DNA of 64,000 nucleotides, taken from NCBI RefSeq assembly GCF_054482595.1, contig NZ_CM137008.1, one strand, 5' to 3'. The first letter of the stretch is position 1. The number at the start of each line of letters is the position of its first letter. Positions 31,165 to 41,215 of this stretch are shown in pieces. A model generated the notes under the pieces. That model did not search any database. It had not been told where the DNA came from and saw only the letters and a program-made list of their open reading frames with translations. Made by a program: the position numbers and the translations under genes.

Positions 31165-31218
31165 TAACAAGCAAGACGAGCAAGTGGCTAATAATAAAAA
31201 ATAACAAGGTGTCTGCAT

Positions 31219-31247
31219 TGCCCCCTCATGATGAGGGGGCTTTTTTT
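31219..31247 (+). terminator. Intrinsic terminator after yehA
   Basis: gccccctcat / atgagggggc stem followed by ttttttt; the T-run overlaps the rcnB stop codon on the opposite strand. Confidence 0.7.
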
Positions 31248-31584
31248 AGCGATGATAAAAAATCTCACCGTCGTAGGCTTTAATGATTTTACCGTCGGTG
31301 TCGCTGATCAACACGTACGCGCCACCCATATAGGTCCAGTGGGTTCCGGCGTCAGGTGCGGGCAGGTTACGTAACTGCCACTGCTTAATGTTGTACTCAT
31401 CGGTTCGGTACATCTCTGGGACGGTATCACCTGGTTTGAAATGCTTAAAGTCAGCAATGAAACTACTTAACTCATACTTAGAAATTCCCGAGGTATTGGT
31501 CGAACCCGCGGTGGCTGGTGCGGCCCAGGCGGCACTGGTAACCAGCAAAAGCGCACCCAGCAACATCTTATTTTTAATGGTCAT
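31246..31584 (-). CDS. rcnB: RcnB (YohN), periplasmic protein modulating Ni/Co efflux (112 aa)
   Basis: ORF trimmed to MTIKNKMLLGALLLVTSAAWA (signal peptide); lies downstream of rcnA. Confidence 0.8.
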   Translation of the reverse strand: MTIKNKMLLGALLLVTSAAWAAPATAGSTNTSGISKYELSSFIADFKHFKPGDTVPEMYRTDEYNIKQWQLRNLPAPDAGTHWTYMGGAYVLISDTDGKIIKAYDGEIFYHR

Positions 31585-31802
31585 AAACTCTCCACTTTGG
31601 GGATCTGTAATATCAGTCGCATATCTTTCCTGCCATACAATATAACTGACAAGCGATATTTTGTTAGTGATCCCATGATTTCGTAAAAAGTGTAAATGAA
31701 AGGATGCCCTAAAAGCATCCTTAGCGAGCAGAGAGTCAGCGGAAATAGCTGATTTAAGAATCATCCTGGGCTGAAGATAACATGCAAGCCTAAAGGATTG
31801 AG

Positions 31803-32627
31803 TTATCGCATTATGCCCATGAATCCATGTACGCCCATATACACACCAACTAAGCCAATCAACAGACTGGAAAAATAGGGGGCGCGTTTAGCGAGAGTGT
31901 TAAATCCGCTCCAGCGTTTTGCGACCTGCTGAACGCTGATTGCTGCGCCAACGCCTACGGTGACAAGCGTTAACGCCAGGCCAATGCTGAAACTGACGAC
32001 CAGTGTTGCGCCCAGTGTCTGGGCTTTCAACTGAATGCATATCAACAGCACGGTAATTGCTGCAGGGCAGGGGATAAGGCCACCGGTTAAGCCAAATAAC
32101 AAAATTTGCCAGTTGGTGACCTCTCTACCATCAAAGCGTCGTTTAATGTCATTGGCATGGGCTCGTGCATGGGCATCCTGATACTCGCCATGTTCGTGAT
32201 GGTGATGATGTCCTTGGTCGTGGTGATCTTCGTGATCGTGGTGATGATGCTCATGATCATGCTCGTGCATATTCTCCAGCCAGTTGCGTTCGCCGCGCCA
32301 GGTACGCCAGAACATCCAGAACGCGGTGCTAATAATGATCACTGCGGAAATCAGCTGGAGCCACGGTTCTGCTGATTGAGCAGTAAAGCGCTTACTGATC
32401 ACCATCCCGCCAAAGGCAATCAACCAGACCACCGCGGTATGCGAAATGGTTGCTGCCAGTCCGAGCATCACCGCCTGTTTAATGGTGCCTTTGATGGCGA
32501 TGATAAACGCCGCCATCATCGTTTTTGAGTGCCCTGGTTCCAGGCCATGAAGCGCACCAAGTAAGATGGCGCTGGGGATGAAGAACCAGGCGTTTCCTTG
32601 CTGAAGAAGAGTTGTAAATTCGGTCAT
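31803..32627 (-). CDS. rcnA: Nickel/cobalt efflux transporter RcnA (274 aa)
   Basis: Six-TM-like protein with a His-rich loop HEHDHEHHHHDHEDHHDQGHHHHHEHGE. Confidence 0.9.
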   Translation of the reverse strand: MTEFTTLLQQGNAWFFIPSAILLGALHGLEPGHSKTMMAAFIIAIKGTIKQAVMLGLAATISHTAVVWLIAFGGMVISKRFTAQSAEPWLQLISAVIIISTAFWMFWRTWRGERNWLENMHEHDHEHHHHDHEDHHDQGHHHHHEHGEYQDAHARAHANDIKRRFDGREVTNWQILLFGLTGGLIPCPAAITVLLICIQLKAQTLGATLVVSFSIGLALTLVTVGVGAAISVQQVAKRWSGFNTLAKRAPYFSSLLIGLVGVYMGVHGFMGIMR

Positions 32628-32664
32628 GATAATAATTCTTAGTATTAATTCGGCAATCCGATTC

Positions 32665-32701
32665 TACTCCCCCCCCCAGTACCTGATACTACCCCCCAGT
32701 A
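32665..32701. promoter_or_regulatory. RcnR operator: two TACT-(C/G tract)-AGTA sites in the divergent rcnA-rcnR intergenic region
   Basis: tactcccccccccagta (32665-32681) and tactaccccccagta (32687-32701); matches the recalled RcnR operator architecture. Confidence 0.7.
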
Positions 32702-32749
32702 GATTAATAGTGCTATGATTTTTCATGTTCTTGTTAACCAGGTGTTGCC

Positions 32750-33022
32750 ATGTCTCATACAATCCGTGATAAACAGAAACTGAAAGCGCGTGCCAGTAAG
32801 ATTCAGGGCCAGGTCGTGGCGCTCAAGAAAATGCTCGACGAGCCGCACGAATGCGCTGCAGTTTTACAACAGATTGCTGCTATCCGTGGCGCGGTAAACG
32901 GTCTGATGCGGGAAGTGATTAAAGGTCATCTAACGGAACATATCGTTCACCAGGGGGATGAGCTAAAACGTGAAGAAGATCTGGATGTCGTTCTGAAGGT
33001 GCTGGATTCATATATCAAATAA
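32750..33022 (+). CDS. rcnR: Ni/Co-responsive repressor RcnR (90 aa, CsoR/RcnR family)
   Basis: 90-aa protein divergent from rcnA. Confidence 0.9.
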
Positions 33023-33104
33023 TTTATTAACGCGATTGTAAAACTGCCGTTTTTCCTCGTTTACAACGGGTGCGCTGGACATTACCATCCTCCTCTGCGA
33101 TTTA

Positions 33105-33240
33105 TCATCGCAACCAAACGACTCGGGGTGCCCTTCTTTGTGAAGGCTGAGAAATACCCGTATCACCTGATCTGGATAATGCCAGCGTAGGGAAGTCACG
33201 GACCACCAGGTCATTGCTTCTTCACGTTATGGCAGGAGCA
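33105..33240 (+). ncRNA. TPP riboswitch (THI element) in the thiM leader
   Basis: Contains ctcggggtgcccttctttgtgaaggctgagaaatacccgtatcacctgatctggataatgccagcgtagggaa, matching the recalled thiM THI-box aptamer; the platform reaches the SD ggcaggagc. Confidence 0.85.
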
Positions 33241-33244
33241 AACT

Positions 33245-34033
33245 ATGCAAGTCGACCTGCTGAGTTCCGCGCAATCTGCGCACACGTTACACCTTTTTCA
33301 CCAACATTCCCCTCTTGTGCATTGCATGACCAATGATGTGGTGCAAACCTTTACTGCCAATACCTTGCTGGCGCTCGGTGCATCGCCAGCGATGGTTATC
33401 GAAACCGAAGAGGCCAGTCAGTTTGCGGCTATCGCCAGTGCCTTGTTGATTAACGTTGGCACGCTGACGCAGCCACGCGCACAGGCGATGCGTGCCGCCG
33501 TTGAGCAAGCAAAAAGCTCTCAAACACCCTGGACGCTTGATCCAGTAGCGGTTGGTGCGCTCGATTATCGTCGCCATTTTTGTCATGAACTTTTATCTTT
33601 TAAACCGGCAGCGATACGTGGTAATGCTTCGGAAATCATGGCATTAGCTGGCGTTGCTACTGGCGGACGGGGAGTGGATACCACTGACGCGGCAGCTAAT
33701 GCGATACCCGCTGCACAAACACTGGCACGGGAAACTGGCGCAATCGTCGTGGTCACTGGCGAGATGGATTATGTTACCGATGGACATCGTAGCATTGGTA
33801 TTCACGGTGGCGATCCGTTAATGACCAAAGTGGTAGGAACTGGCTGTGCATTATCGGCGGTTGTCGCTGCCTGCTGTGCGTTACCAGGCGATACGCTGGA
33901 AAATGTCGCATCTGCCTGTCACTGGATGAAACAAGCCGGAGAGCGCGCAGTCGCCAGAAGCGAGGGGCCAGGCAGTTTTGTTCCACATTTCATTGATGCG
34001 CTCTGTCAATTGACGCAGGAGGCGCAGGCATGA
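33245..34033 (+). CDS. thiM: Hydroxyethylthiazole kinase ThiM (262 aa)
   Basis: Preceded by the TPP riboswitch; stop overlaps the thiD start. Confidence 0.9.
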   Translation: MQVDLLSSAQSAHTLHLFHQHSPLVHCMTNDVVQTFTANTLLALGASPAMVIETEEASQFAAIASALLINVGTLTQPRAQAMRAAVEQAKSSQTPWTLDPVAVGALDYRRHFCHELLSFKPAAIRGNASEIMALAGVATGGRGVDTTDAAANAIPAAQTLARETGAIVVVTGEMDYVTDGHRSIGIHGGDPLMTKVVGTGCALSAVVAACCALPGDTLENVASACHWMKQAGERAVARSEGPGSFVPHFIDALCQLTQEAQA

Positions 34034-34830
34034 AACGAATTAACGCTCTGACGATTGCCGGTACTGATCCGAGTGGTGGTGCGGGGATTCAGGCCGATCT
34101 TAAAACCTTCTCGGCACTTGGCGCTTATGGTTGCTCAGTTATTACTGCACTGGTGGCGCAAAATACCCGTGGCGTACAGTCGGTGTATCGCATTGAGCCT
34201 GATTTTGTCGCCGCCCAGCTCGATTCGGTGTTCAGCGATGTGCGAATCGATACCACTAAAATCGGTATGTTGGCGGAAACCGATATTGTTGAAGCGGTGG
34301 CAGAACGGTTGCAACGTTATCAGATCCAAAACGTGGTACTCGACACCGTTATGCTGGCAAAAAGCGGCGACCCGCTGCTTTCACCTTCGGCAGTTGCCAC
34401 GCTACGCAGTCGATTATTGCCACAGGTTTCATTAATAACGCCAAACTTGCCCGAAGCAGCCGCCTTGCTCGACGCGCCACACGCGCGCACCGAACAGGAA
34501 ATGCTGGAACAAGGGCGATCGCTGTTGGCGATGGGCTGTGGCGCAGTGCTAATGAAAGGTGGTCATCTGGATGATGAACAAAGCCCGGACTGGCTGTTTA
34601 CTCGTGAGGGAGAACAACGATTTACTGCACCGCGCATTATGACCAAAAACACCCACGGCACTGGTTGTACACTCTCTGCGGCGTTGGCTGCACTACGCCC
34701 GCGCCATACAAACTGGGCTGACACCGTACAGGAGGCAAAAAGCTGGCTTTCATCGGCGTTAGCCCAGGCCGACACGCTGGAAGTTGGTCACGGTATTGGT
34801 CCGGTTCACCACTTCCACGCCTGGTGGTGA
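34030..34830 (+). CDS. thiD: Hydroxymethylpyrimidine / phosphomethylpyrimidine kinase ThiD (266 aa)
   Basis: N-terminal [27 protein letters not shown] (ribokinase-like fold); translationally coupled to thiM. Confidence 0.9.
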   Translation: MKRINALTIAGTDPSGGAGIQADLKTFSALGAYGCSVITALVAQNTRGVQSVYRIEPDFVAAQLDSVFSDVRIDTTKIGMLAETDIVEAVAERLQRYQIQNVVLDTVMLAKSGDPLLSPSAVATLRSRLLPQVSLITPNLPEAAALLDAPHARTEQEMLEQGRSLLAMGCGAVLMKGGHLDDEQSPDWLFTREGEQRFTAPRIMTKNTHGTGCTLSAALAALRPRHTNWADTVQEAKSWLSSALAQADTLEVGHGIGPVHHFHAWW

Positions 34831-34894
34831 GCACCGTACTATAGCTGCTTTGGTTATTGTCAGCCTTTGGCACTGACATTCAGGGATGAAACCA

Positions 34895-35713
34895 ATGCAG
34901 CTAAGAATTACCAGTCGAAAAAAACTCACCGCTCTATTATGCGCTCTTGGGCTAATTTCCATCGTTGCAATTTATCCGCGTCAGACGGTGAATTTTTTCT
35001 ATTCGACAGCAGTTCAGATTACAGACTACATCCACTTCTACGGTTATCGCCCGGTTAAATCTTTCGCTATTCGTATTCCTGCCAGTTACACCATTCACGG
35101 AATAGATGTTTCGCGCTGGCAGGAGCGGATCGTCTGGCAGCGGGTGGCAAAAATGCGCGATAACGGTATCCGCTTACAATTTGCCTTTATCAAGGCGACG
35201 GAAGGCGAAAAGCTGGTGGACCCCTATTTTTCGCGTAACTGGCAACTAAGCCGCGAAAATGGCCTGCTGCGCGGGGCGTATCATTATTTCTCCCCGTCGG
35301 TAGCAGCGCCTGTTCAGGCGCGATTATTTCTGCAAACGGTGGATTTCTCACAAGGCGATTTCCCTGCCGTGCTGGACGTAGAAGAACGGGGAAAATTATC
35401 GGCAAAAGAATTACGCAAGCGGGTAAGTCAGTGGCTAAAAATGGTCGAAAAAAGTACGGGAAAAAAGCCGATTATTTACTCAGGAGCCGTTTTTTATCAC
35501 ACCAATCTGGCGGGCTATTTCAATGAATATCCGTGGTGGGTGGCTCACTACTATCAACGTCGTCCGGACAATGACGGCATGGCCTGGCGTTTCTGGCAGC
35601 ATTCCGACCGTGGACAGGTAGATGGCATCAATGGTCCGGTGGATTTTAATGTATTTAATGGCACGGTGGAGGAGTTGCAGGCATTCGTTGATGGGATTAA
35701 AGAAACGCCTTAA
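34895..35713 (+). CDS. yegX: YegX, glycoside hydrolase family 25 (lysozyme/muramidase-like), signal-anchored (272 aa)
   Basis: N-terminal hydrophobic anchor; GH25-like catalytic region; ATG 34895 preferred over 34886 because of the better-spaced aggga RBS. Confidence 0.75.
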   Translation: MQLRITSRKKLTALLCALGLISIVAIYPRQTVNFFYSTAVQITDYIHFYGYRPVKSFAIRIPASYTIHGIDVSRWQERIVWQRVAKMRDNGIRLQFAFIKATEGEKLVDPYFSRNWQLSRENGLLRGAYHYFSPSVAAPVQARLFLQTVDFSQGDFPAVLDVEERGKLSAKELRKRVSQWLKMVEKSTGKKPIIYSGAVFYHTNLAGYFNEYPWWVAHYYQRRPDNDGMAWRFWQHSDRGQVDGINGPVDFNVFNGTVEELQAFVDGIKETP

Positions 35714-35764
35714 ATAAGAAGCAGTGATATACTCCCACCAGACTCCCTGGCAGGAAAAAGACAA

Positions 35765-36511
35765 ATGGAACAAGCGCATACCCAGCTGATTGCCCAACTG
35801 AACGAGCGTATTTTAGCGGCGGATAACACGCCGCTTTATATTAAGTTTGCCGAAACGGTAAAAAATGCCGTGCGCAGCGGGGTGCTGGAGCATGGCAATA
35901 TTTTGCCCGGTGAGCGTGATTTAAGTCAGTTAACCGGCGTTTCGCGCATTACGGTGCGCAAGGCGATGCAGGCGCTGGAAGAAGAGGGCGTGGTGACGCG
36001 TTCGCGTGGTTACGGCACGCAGATCAACAACATCTTCGAATACTCGTTGAAAGAAGCGCGAGGTTTTTCTCAGCAGGTGGTATTGCGCGGGAAAAAGCCC
36101 GATACGCTATGGGTTAACAAGCGTGTCGTGAAATGTCCCGAAGAAGTCGCGCAGCAGCTGGCGGTCGAAGCGGGAAGTGATGTCTTTTTGCTTAAGCGTA
36201 TTCGCTATGTCGATGAAGAAGCGGTATCGATTGAGGAATCGTGGGTTCCGGCGCATTTAATTCATGATGTTGATGCCATCGGAATTTCTCTTTATGACTA
36301 TTTCCGCAGCCAGCACATTTACCCACAACGTACACGTTCCCGCGTTAGCGCCCGGATGCCAGATGCCGAGTTTCAGTCACATATTCAGTTAGATAGCAAA
36401 ATACCGGTGCTGGTGATCAAGCAAGTGGCGCTTGACCAACAGCAACGGCCTATTGAGTACAGCATTAGCCACTGTCGCAGCGATCTATACGTTTTTGTGT
36501 GCGAGGAGTAG
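35765..36511 (+). CDS. yegW: GntR-family transcriptional regulator YegW (248 aa)
   Basis: N-terminal winged-HTH typical of GntR/HutC regulators plus a UTRA-like C-terminus. Confidence 0.85.
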   Translation: MEQAHTQLIAQLNERILAADNTPLYIKFAETVKNAVRSGVLEHGNILPGERDLSQLTGVSRITVRKAMQALEEEGVVTRSRGYGTQINNIFEYSLKEARGFSQQVVLRGKKPDTLWVNKRVVKCPEEVAQQLAVEAGSDVFLLKRIRYVDEEAVSIEESWVPAHLIHDVDAIGISLYDYFRSQHIYPQRTRSRVSARMPDAEFQSHIQLDSKIPVLVIKQVALDQQQRPIEYSISHCRSDLYVFVCEE

Positions 36512-37450
36512 TTCCTCGCGCGTTGGCGCACAATCACCGCCCCGATGCCCGACAACCCACGACGCCACTGCATTGCCCAGTAATACGGCATCCGCCAGTG
36601 GCAGACCAGAGGCCAGCCCGGCAAGTACGCCACCGGCATGACTGTCGCCCGCCCCAATGGTGTCGACAACTTGCGTTGGAAATGCCGGAATGCAGCCAGA
36701 AGCGTCGTTGCTGAAATACCATGCGCCTTCTTTATCGAGACGAACGATCAACGGCGCGGCAAATTTCTCCTGCCATTGTTTGCCAAGTGTTGTTATCTCT
36801 GCGGGTAAAGCAAAACGTTCGGCGGCAATCTCAGCCTCTTGACGATTGAGCGACACTAAAGGGCGACAGGCCATGATCCGCGCCAGTAATGCATCCGGGA
36901 TATCGCCAATACGTGGGCCAAAATCGATAAACGGCGTCACGTCTTGCAGCTCTTCCAGCCATTCCACTAACAATTCGCCGCAGGGCGAGGCCAGTTGATA
37001 ACCGGAAAAATAGAGCAGGCTGCCAGGCGCAACGGTTAATCGCGCCAGCCACTGGCGATTCCACTGATTTTCCACACCGCTGAATGACATAAAAGTACGT
37101 TCGCCATCCGGCTCAACCAGCGCCAGACACCAGCCGTTATCGCCTTCGGCGTTATCGATCAGGCTGATTAACCCCTCTTTCGCCATCCGGTTGCGAATAA
37201 TCTCCGCCCACACGCCCTGACCGAGCGGCAAGGCATTACCCGCTTCGATGCCGAGGCGCTTTAACGCCACGGCAATATTCAGTGCGCAGCCGCCAACGTT
37301 AACGCTCTGCTGTTTCAGTTCGATATCGCACCCACGCCAGGGGAGGGCATAAGCGTCGGCGATCACGTCAATGACCGCCGCGCCGACGACCATCACCGGC
37401 TGACGCGAGGTTAATTCAGGCAGCAGCGTGTGTAATCGAGCGCCGCTCAT
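36485..37450 (-). CDS. yegV: PfkB-family carbohydrate/nucleoside kinase YegV (321 aa)
   Basis: Ribokinase-like motifs (GAGDSHAGG); 3' end overlaps the convergent yegW 3' end by 27 nt. Confidence 0.85.
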   Translation of the reverse strand: MSGARLHTLLPELTSRQPVMVVGAAVIDVIADAYALPWRGCDIELKQQSVNVGGCALNIAVALKRLGIEAGNALPLGQGVWAEIIRNRMAKEGLISLIDNAEGDNGWCLALVEPDGERTFMSFSGVENQWNRQWLARLTVAPGSLLYFSGYQLASPCGELLVEWLEELQDVTPFIDFGPRIGDIPDALLARIMACRPLVSLNRQEAEIAAERFALPAEITTLGKQWQEKFAAPLIVRLDKEGAWYFSNDASGCIPAFPTQVVDTIGAGDSHAGGVLAGLASGLPLADAVLLGNAVASWVVGHRGGDCAPTREELLLAHKNV

Positions 37451-38451
37451 ACCGCCTCCCGTTGTTGACGATATTTCGCCAGCGCTGTGGCATAGCGGTT
37501 GAAATCAAGCTGATTTACCGCATCCAGCTCCGCCTTTAATGCAGGATCGATAGCGTTAACGCCATGCAACGCGCCGCAAATCGCCGTCGCCATAGCGCCG
37601 ATGGTGTCTGTGTCGCCGCCAAGGTTAGCGCACAGGACGGCGCAGCGATTCGGGTCGGTTTGTGCCAGTTCAACCAGCGCAATGGCGCACGGAACGGACT
37701 CAATAGTGCTGGTACCTGCGCCAACGACCTGGTAAAGCTGTTCGCTGGCGGATTCAGTGCCGTCGGCATTGCGCACAATTTTCAGCGCAATCTCCAGACG
37801 TGCTGCCAGTGAGGCGCTGAAGGTAGTGATGCGTTTTTGCTGTGCATGTCGCGCAATTGAAGGCAGTGAATCAACAATTACTGACCAGCTTTCTCCGTCA
37901 ATGGCACGAGAAATCGCCCATGCGATGACTACCGCGCCTGCAACCGCCAGATCGGATTTATGGGTCGGGCTGGACGCCAGCGCCACATCATCAATAAAGG
38001 AATCAACATCGTGCGCCGGAAGCAAACAACCTAATGGCGAGACGCGCATCGCTGCGCCGTTTGTCACGCCATTGTTTTCCAGTTCAGCAACGGGTTTACC
38101 GTCGCGAATGGCGTTAAGCGCAATCTTCGAGGTCGGACCTAGTACGTTTTTATTAAAGGCGTCGAAACGCAGCGCCCAGTCGAGAATATTACGCCCAATC
38201 AGATCCGGATCGATCTTGCCTTCACGTTCCAGTAACGCATCCGCCAGACACAGCGCCATCGAGGTATCGTCGGTGAATTCGGCGCGGTTAAAATAACAGG
38301 CCGCGTTATTCTCCTTTGGTCCAGGCAGAAAACGGTCAATCCAGCCAAAGTGTGCTTTAACGCGGCTGCGTGGCCAAAGCTCGGAGGGCATCCCCATCGC
38401 ATCCCCTAACGCCTGCCCATAAAGAGCACCGAGAATACGTTCTGTTTTCAT
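37447..38451 (-). CDS. yegU: ADP-ribosylglycohydrolase-family protein YegU (334 aa)
   Basis: Family assignment by recalled sequence similarity; translationally coupled to yegT and yegV. Confidence 0.8.
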   Translation of the reverse strand: MKTERILGALYGQALGDAMGMPSELWPRSRVKAHFGWIDRFLPGPKENNAACYFNRAEFTDDTSMALCLADALLEREGKIDPDLIGRNILDWALRFDAFNKNVLGPTSKIALNAIRDGKPVAELENNGVTNGAAMRVSPLGCLLPAHDVDSFIDDVALASSPTHKSDLAVAGAVVIAWAISRAIDGESWSVIVDSLPSIARHAQQKRITTFSASLAARLEIALKIVRNADGTESASEQLYQVVGAGTSTIESVPCAIALVELAQTDPNRCAVLCANLGGDTDTIGAMATAICGALHGVNAIDPALKAELDAVNQLDFNRYATALAKYRQQREAV

Positions 38452-39725
38452 TTAACTTCCCCTTGTGTCAACGCAATATCGCGATCATCGACCTTGATAG
38501 CCGTAATTTCGTTGTCGGATTCGCGGAAAAAAATCATGAAAAGCACGGCGATAATGGCAATCATCACCGCGCCAAAAGTCCACATCCCGGACCAGTTGAA
38601 AGTCAGTCCGTTTACCGGTTCCTGATAAGCGAACATCTTTTCCATCATCACACCGCCAAGACGATAGCCGAGCAAACTGCCGAAGCCCTGGCAGCAGAGC
38701 GTGATCAGACCCTGCGCGGCGGTACGCATATGCACGGGGGCTTTTTTATCGACATAGATGTAAGCGGTAACGTAGTAAAAATCGTAACTTACGCCGTGCA
38801 GCAAAATGCCGAGGAACAGTAACGCGTAGGTGAAATATTCATCCGCACTACCGTAAATAAAGAAGCCATAGCGGATCGCAGCGGTGACCAGACCAAGCAA
38901 TAATACCTTTTTGATACCAAAGCGTTTAGTGAAAAACGGCAATGCCAGCATAAAGAAGATTTCAGAGAACTGGCCGAGCGTCATCCAGCCAGTGGCGTTT
39001 TTCATGCCGACTTCGGTCAGATACCCGTTGGCAAAGATGTAATAGAACGCCAGTGGCATCGCAAACAGGAATGAACAGAAGAAAAAGACGAGGAAGTTTT
39101 TATCGCGCAGCAGGATCAGCGCATCCAGGCCGAGCATGACTTTAATGTCCATTTTGCCGGTGCTTTTTGGCGGCGTGTCGGGCAGGAAAAACGCAAACAC
39201 ACCGAGCAGAGCAGAACTTCCGGCGGTAATCAGCAGCGGGATGTTAGTCGGTGAGATATCGGCATACCCCAGCATTTGCGGCAAGAAACCACATGCCAGA
39301 CCGGAGGCAATCCAGCCGATAGTGCCCATCACACGAATGCGCGGGAAATCACGCTCCACATCCGGCACGTTGGCAAAAGCGATGCTGTTAGTCAGCGCAA
39401 TGGTCGGCATATAGGTTAGCGAGTAGGCCAGCAGTAACGGGAAGAACCCGGCAAAAGTGGTCTGTTGCGCAGCGAAATACATCAGCACCGCACCAGCGAA
39501 CATCAATACCGCCAGCACTTTCTGCGCCGAGAAAAAGCGGTCAGTGATGGAGCCAACCAGAATTGGCGACAGGATCGCCGCAATGGCTGTGCAGGCATAC
39601 GACCAGCCAATTTCTCCGGCACTAAAACCGCTTTTACTTAACCACAGCCACAATGGCACAAACCACGCGCCCCAGATAAACCATTCAACAAACATCATGA
39701 ACGACAGCTTTGCTGTTGTTTTCAT
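38448..39725 (-). CDS. yegT: MFS nucleoside:H+ symporter-family transporter YegT (425 aa)
   Basis: 12-TM MFS-like hydrophobicity pattern; first gene of yegTUV. Confidence 0.85.
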   Translation of the reverse strand: MKTTAKLSFMMFVEWFIWGAWFVPLWLWLSKSGFSAGEIGWSYACTAIAAILSPILVGSITDRFFSAQKVLAVLMFAGAVLMYFAAQQTTFAGFFPLLLAYSLTYMPTIALTNSIAFANVPDVERDFPRIRVMGTIGWIASGLACGFLPQMLGYADISPTNIPLLITAGSSALLGVFAFFLPDTPPKSTGKMDIKVMLGLDALILLRDKNFLVFFFCSFLFAMPLAFYYIFANGYLTEVGMKNATGWMTLGQFSEIFFMLALPFFTKRFGIKKVLLLGLVTAAIRYGFFIYGSADEYFTYALLFLGILLHGVSYDFYYVTAYIYVDKKAPVHMRTAAQGLITLCCQGFGSLLGYRLGGVMMEKMFAYQEPVNGLTFNWSGMWTFGAVMIAIIAVLFMIFFRESDNEITAIKVDDRDIALTQGEVK

Positions 39726-39981
39726 CTTTTAATTCCTTCATGACAGGTAATGTAAGGTACGCGATGACAATACCATTTAATAATACCTTTTAAATACCTT
39801 TGCGGTGAAAACTTGACCGCGGTAACATTTTTTCTGATGAATCGAGCCAACAGAAAACGCTGAAAAAACATCCAAAAGATGGAAAAACTCGCCCGTAACG
39901 ACCAGGATTATGATTGCCCGCAAAAGGCGGGCCAGGAAAATCCATAGCCGATATCCAATCGGAATTTACGGGAGCATAGTA

Positions 39982-41034
39982 ATGACAGATATTGCGCAGT
40001 TGCTTGGCAAAGACGCCGACAACCTTTTACAGCACCGTTGTATGACTATTCCTTCTGACCAGCTTTATCTCCCCGGACATGACTACGTAGACCGCGTGAT
40101 GATTGACAATAATCGCCCGCCTGCGGTGTTACGTAATATGCAGACGTTGTACAACACCGGGCGTCTGGCTGGCACAGGATATCTTTCTATTCTGCCGGTT
40201 GACCAGGGCGTTGAGCACTCTGCCGGAGCTTCATTTGCTGCTAACCCGCTCTACTTTGACCCGAAAAACATTGTTGAACTGGCGATCGAAGCGGGCTGTA
40301 ACTGTGTGGCGTCAACTTACGGCGTGCTGGCGTCGGTATCGCGGCGTTATGCGCATCGCATTCCATTCCTCGTCAAACTTAATCACAACGAGACGCTAAG
40401 TTACCCGAATACCTACGATCAAACGCTGTATGCCAGCGTGGAGCAGGCGTTCAACATGGGCGCGGTTGCGGTTGGTGCGACTATCTATTTTGGCTCGGAA
40501 GAGTCACGTCGCCAGATTGAAGAAATTTCTGCGGCTTTTGAACGTGCGCACGAGCTGGGCATGGTGACAGTGCTGTGGGCCTATTTGCGTAACTCCGCCT
40601 TTAAGAAAGATGGCGTTGATTACCATGTTTCCGCCGACCTGACTGGTCAGGCGAACCATCTGGCGGCGACCATTGGCGCGGACATCGTCAAACAGAAAAT
40701 GGCGGAAAATAACGGCGGTTATAAAGCGATTAATTACGGTTATACCGACGATCGCGTGTACAGCAAGTTAACCAGCGAAAACCCGATTGATCTGGTGCGT
40801 TATCAGTTAGCTAACTGCTATATGGGCCGGGCTGGGTTGATAAACTCCGGCGGTGCTGCGGGCGGTGAAACTGACCTCAGTGATGCAGTGCGTACTGCGG
40901 TTATCAACAAACGCGCTGGCGGAATGGGGCTGATTCTTGGACGTAAAGCGTTCAAGAAATCGATGGCTGACGGCGTGAAACTGATTAACGCCGTGCAGGA
41001 TGTTTATCTCGATAGCAAAATTACTATCGCCTGA
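39982..41034 (+). CDS. fbaB: Fructose-bisphosphate aldolase class I FbaB (350 aa)
   Basis: ORF trimmed to [16 protein letters not shown] (ATG at 39982). Confidence 0.9.
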
Positions 41035-41039
41035 TACGA

Positions 41040-41185
41040 ACGGCACTACCCCGTAGGACGGATAAGGCGTTTACACTGCATCCGGCAACCTATGCCTGAT
41101 GCGACGCGGAAGCGTCTTATCATGCCTACATAGCACTGCCACGTATGTTTACACCGCATCCGGCATAAAAACACGCACACTTCGT
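41040..41185. repeat. REP/BIME cluster (several repetitive extragenic palindromes)
   Basis: tgcctgatgcgacgcggaagcgtcttatcatgcctaca plus gcatccggca-type units at 41080-41100 and 41150-41170. Confidence 0.7.
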
Positions 41186-41187
41186 TA

Positions 41188-41215
41188 CGGCTTCCCCCGG
41201 GAGGCCGTTTTTATG
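41188..41215 (+). terminator. Intrinsic terminator downstream of fbaB and the REP cluster
   Basis: cggcttcc-cccg-ggaggccg hairpin followed by ttttt. Confidence 0.5.

Noticed and set aside
32200-32300. His-rich repetitive stretch in rcnA as a low-complexity artefact or repeat expansion
   Set aside because: It is in frame within an intact transporter ORF and is consistent with a metal-binding cytoplasmic loop.
32665-32701. Poly-C tracts as a phase-variable contingency locus
   Set aside because: The tracts are embedded in TACT...AGTA inverted repeats in a divergent promoter, which fits a repressor operator better. Slippage remains possible but is secondary.
34895-35713. yegX lysozyme as a sign of a prophage
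   Set aside because: No holin, integrase, terminase or other phage genes flank it, and the neighbours are thiMD and yegW housekeeping or regulatory genes.
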